Of a stretch of 64,000 nt of DNA, positions 18,340-26,536 are shown one piece after another; the first letter of the stretch is position 1; the number at the start of each line of letters is the position of its first letter. The notes beneath the pieces were generated by a model. The model ran no database searches and had not been told where the DNA came from. It saw nothing but the letters and a program-made list of their open reading frames with translations. Source of the DNA: Escherichia phage vB_EcoM_CRJP21. The stretch is taken from sequence record OQ708376.1, one strand, 5' to 3'. A program made the position numbers and the translations under genes.

Positions 18340-18780
18340 ATGGAAGATATTAATGATTTACGACACGTAATGGACTTTATCGGAAGTACTGAAGAAGATA
18401 ATTCATATGATGAAGTACTATTAACTTTTATTGAAAATAGTTTGTTTTTGAGTTCTGCTGCACATAACTGGCACTTACAATGTCATTTTTATACAAAGCA
18501 TTTACAATTAGATGAACTATATAAAGAATTACCAGAATATGTAGACGCATTTGTTGAAGGTATCATGAATAATCGTGGTGCTTTACAAGTTGGGACTGGT
18601 AATAGTTATCGTTTTACACCAATTGAAGATTGTGTACCAATTCTTGAAGAATATGTTGAGCAATGCAGAGCAATTCATGATATGCTTGAAGAATCGGGTG
18701 ATTACGGCAGTGTAAACACATTAGAAGATATTATGAGTTTTGTTGAAGGCGTACTTTACAAACTTAAAGTTTTACAATAA
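18340..18780 (+). CDS. Dps/ferritin-like protein (tentative)
   Basis: AHNWHLQCHFYTKHLQLDELYKEL ... FVEGIMNNRG resembles the Dps helix A/B signature. Confidence 0.35.
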   Translation: MEDINDLRHVMDFIGSTEEDNSYDEVLLTFIENSLFLSSAAHNWHLQCHFYTKHLQLDELYKELPEYVDAFVEGIMNNRGALQVGTGNSYRFTPIEDCVPILEEYVEQCRAIHDMLEESGDYGSVNTLEDIMSFVEGVLYKLKVLQ

Positions 18781-18787
18781 ACTATAT

Positions 18788-18817
18788 GGAGAGTCGTTAT
18801 GACTCTCCTTTTCTTTT
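18788..18817 (+). terminator. intrinsic terminator
   Basis: ggagagtc-gttat-gactctcc plus ttttctttt. Confidence 0.7.
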
Positions 18818-18827
18818 GGAGAAAATA

Positions 18828-19181
18828 ATGAGCGATTACCGAGTTACAACAGGTCTGATGGCACGATTAGTTGAAGCTGTACCTGAAGATGATTATGAAG
18901 CTATTTCAGATCGTCTATTTGACGCAGATACTAATCTCCATATTACATATGATGGTACACTTGTCTTCAGTACTGATCTTGATGTTCCTGCGTATGAATT
19001 TGAGATTTCTTTTGGTAACAACTTAACCCCTGAAGAATTCGCTAGAAAATGTGAGCGTGAAGGGCTGTGCATTGACGTTAGTTCAGTTCAGCCATATACA
19101 TCTCTGTGGTGTGATAATGCTGATAGCCCAATGTCAATGACATCTTTACAGGATTTTGTAAATGCAAATCAAAAAGATTAA
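18828..19181 (+). CDS. hypothetical protein
   Basis: ATG at 18828 after ggag; track ORF start at 18786 lies inside the terminator. Confidence 0.5.
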   Translation: MSDYRVTTGLMARLVEAVPEDDYEAISDRLFDADTNLHITYDGTLVFSTDLDVPAYEFEISFGNNLTPEEFARKCEREGLCIDVSSVQPYTSLWCDNADSPMSMTSLQDFVNANQKD

Positions 19182-19554
19182 ATTCCACCAGCATTGTTCT
19201 ATACATGAATGTGATGATTGTGGTATACAAATGAGTGACATTTATACTGTTTCATGTAAAGGTTTCAAATTCTCTCACGGTGAACCTGCTTATTGTTATG
19301 GTACAGAAGAAGGTGATATCGAAGTAGTACTGAAAGAATTGTTCCAGTACTTGCAAAGTGTAGGTCATGATGTTACAATACCCACATATTATGAAGATGA
19401 TTATGATGCACATGTAGAAGAAAATACATATTATAATCAATTCGTTTATGGTAATGGTTTTATCACATACCTACATGAGAATGGTATTGAGGTAAAAACT
19501 AAGTACACCAGTGATGATTATGATGATGATAATTCTATGGAGATTGAAGATTGA
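19162..19554 (+). CDS. hypothetical acidic protein (start uncertain)
   Basis: ORF with Cys pairs near N-terminus and acidic C-terminus. Confidence 0.4.
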   Translation: MQIKKIKFHQHCSIHECDDCGIQMSDIYTVSCKGFKFSHGEPAYCYGTEEGDIEVVLKELFQYLQSVGHDVTIPTYYEDDYDAHVEENTYYNQFVYGNGFITYLHENGIEVKTKYTSDDYDDDNSMEIED

Positions 19555-20135
19555 AAGCAAAAGACTTGGCAGCACTGTTGATGCAGAATCCTGAAATGGA
19601 AGTGTATCATGAGCACATGCACATTGATGACATGTGTGACGCTTACTATTCACCAGAAAATGTGTCTGGTATTGAAATCACCCCTAGTGGAGTATTCATC
19701 AGTAGTGAACGTATTGATTTCAATTCCCAGCAAGAAATCAAAACTCCACATAATAAACCTCGCATTGGTGCTATTGACCTAGTATTTCATCAGGACCGTT
19801 TGGTGGAATATGATGAAGACGATGGTACTACCCAAACTGATGTTGAGAATGTTGTTTTTCGTTTTTATAATGCATACGAAGACCCAACTACTGGAGAAGA
19901 TTTCTTCCGTGAGCTATTAGAGGATGGAGAAGTTTATGGTCAGGATGGTACGGTTTTTGTACTGGACCCTAACTATGAGCCTGATCACAATACATGGCAA
20001 TTCTATACACCAGAAGATGTAATGGAAGTTAAAGTACTTATGGATATTGACGATAAATGGAATCCTATGTATACTTCAATGACATATGAAGAAGCCAAAG
20101 AATATTTCGTTTCTAAACTAAACATTACAAAATAA
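19551..20135 (+). CDS. hypothetical acidic protein
   Basis: ATGA-type overlap; 194-aa ORF. Confidence 0.5.
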   Translation: MKAKDLAALLMQNPEMEVYHEHMHIDDMCDAYYSPENVSGIEITPSGVFISSERIDFNSQQEIKTPHNKPRIGAIDLVFHQDRLVEYDEDDGTTQTDVENVVFRFYNAYEDPTTGEDFFRELLEDGEVYGQDGTVFVLDPNYEPDHNTWQFYTPEDVMEVKVLMDIDDKWNPMYTSMTYEEAKEYFVSKLNITK

Positions 20136-20152
20136 TAAGGATTCACAAATTT

Positions 20153-20434
20153 ATGAAAATTGTTGCAAGTGCATGGATGAAACTACCAGATGGTACAACT
20201 GCTTTTGAAGAATATGGCTTTGTTGAAAGTGTAGATGAATTAAAGCGTTTCAAAAGTGAAAATGATGATGATGTGTTTGATATTGTATTTGTATATCATC
20301 ATATTCCTAATGATACTGATTATGAACATTATTATTATCATCCTGATTTGTTGGAAACACTTGTATGCGACAACTATCATGAAATTGATGAAAATACAGC
20401 TTTACTAATGTTGAGTACCGTATCTCCGGTATAA
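20153..20434 (+). CDS. hypothetical protein
   Basis: 93-aa ORF. Confidence 0.45.
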   Translation: MKIVASAWMKLPDGTTAFEEYGFVESVDELKRFKSENDDDVFDIVFVYHHIPNDTDYEHYYYHPDLLETLVCDNYHEIDENTALLMLSTVSPV

Positions 20435-20442
20435 GGAGTAAT

Positions 20443-20922
20443 ATGTATAATCTTATAATTATCCGCGAACCATATGAATCTGACAACAGTTCAACTGATG
20501 GTGAGGTTTTAGTATATCAAAGTTATGAACAAAGTGGCATTGAACATGAATTAAAAGATTATTTACGTCAACATATATATCTATATCGTTCAAAACCACA
20601 TGAACAGTATGGCGATATAATGTTTATCGTAACTCATAATGGTGCAGTAATTGAACATGTAAATATGACAAATAACATGTATTTTCATAATTACACTGAC
20701 ACGTCTAAAGAATTAGGAAACGATTTCAATGCTGTTTACAATGCATTGCGTATCAATTTTTTTAAAAATGACAAATTCTGTACTGATATTAGATTAGAAG
20801 AAGCAAATACAAAAAAGAAACTTTCTCGAAAATACGAGAGTGATAGAAAAAAAGAACAAGAGATTCAGCGTTTACACGAATTGATGAAAAAATACCCTAA
20901 TGAGGTACAACATGGCTCTTAG
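20443..20922 (+). CDS. hypothetical protein
   Basis: 159-aa ORF. Confidence 0.5.
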   Translation: MYNLIIIREPYESDNSSTDGEVLVYQSYEQSGIEHELKDYLRQHIYLYRSKPHEQYGDIMFIVTHNGAVIEHVNMTNNMYFHNYTDTSKELGNDFNAVYNALRINFFKNDKFCTDIRLEEANTKKKLSRKYESDRKKEQEIQRLHELMKKYPNEVQHGS

Positions 20923-21250
20923 AGGTTCAAATCAATATAAATGTATTGCAGAGATCAGGAAGAAAGATGGAACACTTGTAGACCGAACATTAAAGGAAGA
21001 ATATAAAGAACTACGTGATGTGGTGCATAATGATAGTTATGGCGGGATGCGTCGTCAAAAAATTTATGAATATCTAAAGAAAGGTTTAGAAATTCAGGTT
21101 AATGGTCTTCATTGTATTCAAACAAAAAATGATCCTGATATTCTACGTTTGTTGAAAGAAGATAAGATTGAAATGTTTAATGTTCCTATTTCATTCTATG
21201 GTAATAAACTAAAATGTAAGCATACTTTCTTGAGGATTAAAAATGGTTGA
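20912..21250 (+). CDS. hypothetical protein
   Basis: ATG at 20912 after gagg; basic 113-aa product. Confidence 0.45.
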   Translation: MALRGSNQYKCIAEIRKKDGTLVDRTLKEEYKELRDVVHNDSYGGMRRQKIYEYLKKGLEIQVNGLHCIQTKNDPDILRLLKEDKIEMFNVPISFYGNKLKCKHTFLRIKNG

Positions 21251-21467
21251 TTCATTTATGAAAAAAATCTTTAAAAATTTACTATCTGGATTTGAAAAAG
21301 CAGTCCGTCTTATTTTCAGTTCAGTTGTAATGGTTATTACAGTACTGGCATTTTCTCTAGTACTGCATTTTGTACCATTCTGGTTAGTCTTTATTGTACT
21401 TATTGCTCTGCTAGGTGCACATGTTTATTATGTTTACCGTGACGCATTGGATGATGATAACGATTAA
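21243..21467 (+). CDS. small membrane protein
   Basis: 74 aa with a long hydrophobic core (two predicted TM segments). Confidence 0.45.
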   Translation: MVDSFMKKIFKNLLSGFEKAVRLIFSSVVMVITVLAFSLVLHFVPFWLVFIVLIALLGAHVYYVYRDALDDDND

Positions 21468-21475
21468 ATGTATTT

Positions 21476-21500
21476 GACCTCACTATGTGGGGTCTTTTTT
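21476..21500 (+). terminator. intrinsic terminator
   Basis: gacctcac-tat-gtggggtc plus 6 T. Confidence 0.55.
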
Positions 21501-21512
21501 AAGGAAAATTAT

Positions 21513-21965
21513 ATGCTTATAGAAACAGAAACATTTAAGCGTTTTATAGACGTATGTCGTGATACGTGTTTTTGTTTTCTTTCATCACAAGAACAGTTCG
21601 ATGCAATGAGTGATGTGTTAGGATATCGCCGTTCGGTATTGATGAATTTTGATGGTCCTTTGATTGAAGTTCATGATGATGTGTATTCCCTCCAATATGT
21701 ATCAATTAACAATGCGTTCATCTTTATTGCTGACACGTACTCAATTGTAGTTGAGGAACGTGGTAAAGGTATACCAACAACACACTATATTGATTGTCAA
21801 AGAACTGATTGTGTTTATAGTTCTGGACTAATACAAACACCAATTCCATATCCTAGCATTTATATAAACACACTCCATCAAGAAATTATTGAGTACTGTA
21901 ATAGTATTTCTGATACAGATACACAGTATTTTCCTATTGTATTATTGAAAGGAGTTAGAACATGA
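21513..21965 (+). CDS. hypothetical protein
   Basis: ATG after aaggaaaa RBS; track start at 21468 lies in the terminator. Confidence 0.5.
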   Translation: MLIETETFKRFIDVCRDTCFCFLSSQEQFDAMSDVLGYRRSVLMNFDGPLIEVHDDVYSLQYVSINNAFIFIADTYSIVVEERGKGIPTTHYIDCQRTDCVYSSGLIQTPIPYPSIYINTLHQEIIEYCNSISDTDTQYFPIVLLKGVRT

Positions 21966-22351
21966 GATGGAAGAAACGTCACATTAAGCGTTTTGAGAAA
22001 ATAATTAAAAAATATTACTCACATAAGTTAGATCCGATGATTCTTCAGCTAAGGACCAGTATTTTTGATAGACGTTATCCGCAGTGTTTAGAATCGTACA
22101 GTCGTAAGCGTTCCAAGAATGAATACCAGGTGTATCGTTATGATTTATCTGAATTGTTTTTGAATACTCGTGTATCAGTACCAATCAAGCTGTACTCAAG
22201 GGTAAAACGAAGTAGGGTTCAAGATATTACATATGGATATCTTATGATTGAAATCGACGACCTCAATGAAAAAACTGGCAGAAATTACAGTACTTTATGT
22301 CTGGAAAATCATGATTCAATAAAAAGAATCATAGAAGAGTTGGGAAAGTGA
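21962..22351 (+). CDS. hypothetical basic protein
   Basis: ATGA overlap; 129 aa. Confidence 0.5.
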   Translation: MRWKKRHIKRFEKIIKKYYSHKLDPMILQLRTSIFDRRYPQCLESYSRKRSKNEYQVYRYDLSELFLNTRVSVPIKLYSRVKRSRVQDITYGYLMIEIDDLNEKTGRNYSTLCLENHDSIKRIIEELGK

Positions 22352-22360
22352 GATTTTTAG

Positions 22361-22369
22361 TGCTATAAT
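22361..22369 (+). promoter_or_regulatory. extended -10 promoter candidate
   Basis: TGcTATAAT. Confidence 0.4.
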
Positions 22370-22380
22370 TGGAGATGAGT

Positions 22381-22725
22381 ATGAAATACATCGATAAAGG
22401 TACAGTGGAGACACAGTACTGGAATATCCATATTGCTGGTGATATTCAAACAGCAAGAGAGTACACAAGAAAGTTTGCGTTTAAGCATGGCTTTTGTGTA
22501 CAATTAATTCCCTGTGAATATATCTACACTGGCGGTCTTGAAAGTGGGATGTGTGCTCGTATTATTCAGTACCCACGCTTTCCAAAAGAAGAAGTATATC
22601 TCAACCGAGATGTATTAAACTATGCAAAGGGTTTAGCTGAAGAGTTGTGTCAAAAGAGCTTTACTATAGAGCGAAATAATGATACAATTTATTATGAAAG
22701 TGATGAACCTTTACACAAGAAATAA
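22381..22725 (+). CDS. hypothetical protein
   Basis: ATG 6 nt after ggag; alternative starts at 22369 and 22375. Confidence 0.45.
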   Translation: MKYIDKGTVETQYWNIHIAGDIQTAREYTRKFAFKHGFCVQLIPCEYIYTGGLESGMCARIIQYPRFPKEEVYLNRDVLNYAKGLAEELCQKSFTIERNNDTIYYESDEPLHKK

Positions 22726-22736
22726 AAGGAAAATAT

Positions 22737-22868
22737 ATGAATGGACTAAAGAAATTTGGTAAAGATTTTCTAAAATGTATACGCTATACATATGATGCAA
22801 ACCCAGAAATGACTGCTATTGTGGGTGTGTTTATTACACTCGTTGTATTAAGCTTTATTGTGGTGTAA
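22737..22868 (+). CDS. 43-aa small membrane peptide (below track threshold)
   Basis: aaaggaaaa RBS then ATG; C-terminal hydrophobic stretch AIVGVFITLVVLSFIVV. Confidence 0.35.
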   Translation: MNGLKKFGKDFLKCIRYTYDANPEMTAIVGVFITLVVLSFIVV

Positions 22869-22871
22869 CAT

Positions 22872-23075
22872 ATGATTGAAATTAATGCTGATATCTATTG
22901 TAGTGCAGCACCAAATTACTTCATTTATGCACTAAGTACATTTGGTGAAACTGAAGGTGAAACTTTTGTTTTAGTAGAGAATACTACATGGTTCAAAACA
23001 AGTAATAAAATTCCGAAAGATGTTTTGGAAACATATGTTCGTATTGAAAATAAAAACATATATGTAATTTTATAG
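22872..23075 (+). CDS. hypothetical protein
   Basis: 67-aa ORF. Confidence 0.4.
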   Translation: MIEINADIYCSAAPNYFIYALSTFGETEGETFVLVENTTWFKTSNKIPKDVLETYVRIENKNIYVIL

Positions 23076-23082
23076 GTAAAAT

Positions 23083-23493
23083 ATGATTGAAATGGAAGGA
23101 ACTCTGGTGTATGATCCAGACCGTGGCACTATGAAAAAGAAGAAGGACTTCTGGTTAGTACTGCAACTTCCATTACAGTTGGTTAGATACTACCAGTATT
23201 TCATCAGAACTGATTTACATATTGACGTTAAAGATCCTCAATGGGGAGCACATGTTAGTATAGTGCGTGGTGAAGTACCACCACATGAAGAGTTCTGGAA
23301 AAAATACGATGGAATGAAAGTAAAGATAAAGTTCAATCCTTGTATTGAGATAGTAAAAGATAAAAAGAATCCAGGTTCATTCTTTATCATTGAATTTGAA
23401 GATGATTTCATCACACACATTAGAAACGAACTAGGACTACCAACCAAGTACTTTAAATATCACATAACTGTAGGTAGAACCTACTACGATTAA
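23083..23493 (+). CDS. 2H phosphoesterase-superfamily protein (LigT-like; possible Acb1-like cyclic-nucleotide phosphodiesterase)
   Basis: two H-x-[ST]-x motifs, AHVSIV and YHITVG, about 70 residues apart in a 136-aa protein. Confidence 0.4.
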   Translation: MIEMEGTLVYDPDRGTMKKKKDFWLVLQLPLQLVRYYQYFIRTDLHIDVKDPQWGAHVSIVRGEVPPHEEFWKKYDGMKVKIKFNPCIEIVKDKKNPGSFFIIEFEDDFITHIRNELGLPTKYFKYHITVGRTYYD

Positions 23494-23517
23494 TGTGGTT
23501 TTTACAGTAAATATGTC

Positions 23518-23545
23518 TTGTAATAAAATAAAAATATGCTATACT
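23518..23545 (+). promoter_or_regulatory. promoter candidate
   Basis: TTGTAA, 16-nt spacer, TG-c-TATACT. Confidence 0.4.
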
Positions 23546-23661
23546 ACTTAAACATTTGAAAAGAACGTTTTTGTACTGTAGAAAGTCCGATGAGGCTTTT
23601 GCAAATGGCCTCTTTGCCATCTTTGTGATTGCCCATCTTAACAATCAACAAAGGAGGCGTT

Positions 23662-24588
23662 TTGAAACAAGCGAAAAAAGCACTGAAAACTAAGACTACT
23701 TATGGTGTTCTAGTTTGCACAGTACTTGTCGCTGCGATTGGATTTTATGGTTTTTCTCAAAATGATCGTGTATCATCATCGGACGAAAGTCAGGTACACA
23801 ATTTAAAACCACAAGTTACGCAAATTCAAAAGCAGGAATTACCAAAGGTAGAAATATCAAAGGATGTTCCACGCGGCGAGAAGCATTATACGGTTCAACC
23901 TGGTGATAGTTATTATTCTATTGCTAAAAAGTTTAAACCTAAAAATGTACAACTTGAAGAGTATGTTATTTTGTTGAAAAATATCAATTTAAATGCTACT
24001 CTTCATACTTCTCAGGGTATCTTTATCCCAACAAAAGAGGATTTGAAGAACGTATTGTTACCAGATGTGACTGTACTGTTTGATTATAATGATCCAGAAA
24101 TTGTCAATCACATCAAAGAAGCTGAAGGTTCAATTGAATTTCAGTCCAAGAACAAACGCCGTTTACTTGGTGGGAAAGTCGGAGTTCCTTTCCACAATTC
24201 TAAATTTCATCCCTACAAGGACATGAAAGGTAATTATACAATAGGTTATGGGCATTATTTGGGTAGAAAAGAATCTGATGCGATTAAGTACAGAAACGGT
24301 ATTACCAAAGCTCAAGCCAATAAACTTTTAATGCAAGATATGAAAAGAACATATAATGACTTTTTATTATTGATGCAGAAAAAAGAAGCAGTAAATCTGA
24401 CCAAAGAACAACAACGTATTCTTTATGAAATGTCCTATACAATGGGTGTTGATAAATTAGCAACGTTTAATAAACTTTGGAAAAGTGTGAAAAATGATAA
24501 CCCTAAGAAATTTAAAAAAGAAATTATGAATTCCTTATGGTATCGTCAAGTTACAAACCGAGCAGATTTGTTGTTAAGTTCACTCTAA
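23662..24588 (+). CDS. membrane-anchored LysM + T4-lysozyme-like muramidase (endolysin candidate)
   Basis: TM segment, LysM block YTVQPGDSYYSIAKKF, lysozyme block GNYTIGYGHYLG; TTG at 23662 after AAGGAGG (alternative TTG 23629). Confidence 0.6.
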   Translation: MKQAKKALKTKTTYGVLVCTVLVAAIGFYGFSQNDRVSSSDESQVHNLKPQVTQIQKQELPKVEISKDVPRGEKHYTVQPGDSYYSIAKKFKPKNVQLEEYVILLKNINLNATLHTSQGIFIPTKEDLKNVLLPDVTVLFDYNDPEIVNHIKEAEGSIEFQSKNKRRLLGGKVGVPFHNSKFHPYKDMKGNYTIGYGHYLGRKESDAIKYRNGITKAQANKLLMQDMKRTYNDFLLLMQKKEAVNLTKEQQRILYEMSYTMGVDKLATFNKLWKSVKNDNPKKFKKEIMNSLWYRQVTNRADLLLSSL

Positions 24589-24604
24589 AAAAGGTAGGTA
24601 AATT

Positions 24605-24937
24605 ATGCTAAAATTAAATATTCAAGGTAATGTTGATTTTACTACAGCAATTCAAGATGCAATTTACGATGGTGCTAAATGTCTTGAAAAGTTCCGTACT
24701 TCAACTGTAATGGATATTGAAGTTCATGTGAAGAAAGAGCATAAGTCTCAATACTCTGTGACTATAACATCAGGTAGTAAATCAGTTACTGCCGATGCAG
24801 CAGATTTATACAAAGCAATTGGTGATTCATTTGAAAAAATGGAAACTGTATTCAGTAAAGACAAAAGCATTAAATTACACCGCCGAAACCATCCAGAACA
24901 CCCAGTTCTTAATGATTTGACAGAAAACGAAGAGTAA
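24605..24937 (+). CDS. hpf: ribosome hibernation promoting factor (HPF/RaiA family)
   Basis: MLKLNIQGNVDFTTAIQDAI ... ADLYKAIGDSFEKME ... KDKSIK aligns with E. coli HPF along its length. Confidence 0.65.
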   Translation: MLKLNIQGNVDFTTAIQDAIYDGAKCLEKFRTSTVMDIEVHVKKEHKSQYSVTITSGSKSVTADAADLYKAIGDSFEKMETVFSKDKSIKLHRRNHPEHPVLNDLTENEE

Positions 24938-24948
24938 TATATACTAAA

Positions 24949-24976
24949 GGGACAGATTAATTCTGTCCCTTTTCTT
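24949..24976 (+). terminator. intrinsic terminator
   Basis: gggacaga-ttaat-tctgtccc plus ttttctt. Confidence 0.7.
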
Positions 24977-24990
24977 ATGGAGTTTTAATT

Positions 24991-25386
24991 ATGAATTATT
25001 CCTGGATGGAAATTGTAAAATCTCTAATATCAACACATGATATGGACTTACCTGAACACCTAGTTATTAATAGATGGTACTATCCATATCCAGATAACCG
25101 TTGTGTTGGGATTGGATTTTTTATTAATGAAAAATCTCAATATATTGGATTAATTGAAGATTATACAAAAACCAACATTGCGTTCTCTATTGAGTTGAAT
25201 GTAGATCACATAAAATACTACACCAATAAAATGGACGAAGACGATGGTGATGTTATAATTCCAGCAGAAATAGACGAAGCTTCATTTTTTCAGTTATCAT
25301 TAATTCATGATGTATCTGATATTACTTATGATAATGTGAAAGACCTTTTTATATTGTACAATAAACTGTATAATTACTTTTTATAA
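24991..25386 (+). CDS. hypothetical protein
   Basis: 131-aa ORF. Confidence 0.5.
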   Translation: MNYSWMEIVKSLISTHDMDLPEHLVINRWYYPYPDNRCVGIGFFINEKSQYIGLIEDYTKTNIAFSIELNVDHIKYYTNKMDEDDGDVIIPAEIDEASFFQLSLIHDVSDITYDNVKDLFILYNKLYNYFL

Positions 25387-25399
25387 TGGAGATAAATTT

Positions 25400-25585
25400 A
25401 TGGAATATACAATATGTATAGTTATATGTATCATATCCTTACTAGTCGGGGTTGGTGTGATGATTTATTGTGATGCAGAACCCAGTACAGAAACAGGAAC
25501 AACTATTGAACTTAAGCCTGGTATTAAGGTAAATGATTCATATTGTTACGATCCACATAGTAATAAGTATGTGATTTGTATATGA
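25400..25585 (+). CDS. small membrane protein
   Basis: 61 aa with N-terminal hydrophobic segment. Confidence 0.4.
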   Translation: MEYTICIVICIISLLVGVGVMIYCDAEPSTETGTTIELKPGIKVNDSYCYDPHSNKYVICI

Positions 25586-25992
25586 AAAAGTTTGATATTA
25601 AACCTATGATTGATGCTATCGAAATTAAATTAAAAAATACTAAAAAGCCAGATAGTACAGGTTTGTTCTTTAGTTTAGATAAAATGTATTATGAAACACA
25701 CGTGTCAAGTTATGATAGAACAGGAAATCTCTTCATCCGTACATATAACTTATTTTATAGTGAAGATGTTTTTATGATAGATATAAATCTGGATGAAAGT
25801 ATAGTGTTGATGTATATTGAGGATGTTCAATCAACAGAACAACGAAACGGGACTCTTCCTATTGCTGCTACAGAGGAAGAGTTTATGCAATATCAGTTCA
25901 TTGAGGATACCTTTGGCATTGACTTTGATACATATCAGAGTATAATGAGGGTATACGAACTTTATGAGGATTATGTGATTGGACGTTACTAA
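25582..25992 (+). CDS. hypothetical protein, tandem paralog 1
   Basis: ATGA overlap; C-terminal FIEDTFGIDFDTYQ block shared with next ORF. Confidence 0.5.
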   Translation: MKKFDIKPMIDAIEIKLKNTKKPDSTGLFFSLDKMYYETHVSSYDRTGNLFIRTYNLFYSEDVFMIDINLDESIVLMYIEDVQSTEQRNGTLPIAATEEEFMQYQFIEDTFGIDFDTYQSIMRVYELYEDYVIGRY

Positions 25993-26401
25993 AATTCCAA
26001 AATTTAATGAAACGTTAAAGTACTTTGCTGAACATGAAATCAGTACTGAAAGACGTGGTTTAGTTACATATAATCAACATCGTGTAATGTACACTAATAA
26101 TTTTCAGGGTACTGTTCGTATTAAATTTCGTAATGCACTCGACGACAATGATGAATTGTTAATTTTACTAAGAAAAAGTAAGATTGAATTGACATACGCA
26201 ACTCACCATATTGAAAGTGAGTTGATGTGGCACACCCTATCAAAAAAAGAAGGGACATTACCAGTTGATGATAATGGACCAGAAACACTTGATCAGTACA
26301 TGTTCATTGATGATACATTTGGCATTGACTATTCTGCATATCAGTGTATACTAGCTATACACGAAAAATATTACGACCGTCTACGTGATAGATTAATTTA
26401 A
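25979..26401 (+). CDS. hypothetical protein, tandem paralog 2 (TTG start)
   Basis: TTG 9 nt after GAGGA; C-terminal FIDDTFGIDYSAYQ block. Confidence 0.45.
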   Translation: MDVTKIPKFNETLKYFAEHEISTERRGLVTYNQHRVMYTNNFQGTVRIKFRNALDDNDELLILLRKSKIELTYATHHIESELMWHTLSKKEGTLPVDDNGPETLDQYMFIDDTFGIDYSAYQCILAIHEKYYDRLRDRLI

Positions 26402-26412
26402 TTGGAGGCATT

Positions 26413-26535
26413 ATGATTGCTATGTTAGAAGAAGATTGGGGTGTTTCCGAGCAAGGCACTGATGAATATGAATACCCAGAATATAAGCCCAAAGGCTTCT
26501 GGGAACGTTTGCGTGATTGGTTGATGGGGGAATAA
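26413..26535 (+). CDS. 40-aa peptide (below track threshold)
   Basis: GGAGG RBS then ATG; fills the gap before the next gene. Confidence 0.3.
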   Translation: MIAMLEEDWGVSEQGTDEYEYPEYKPKGFWERLRDWLMGE

Positions 26536-26536
26536 T

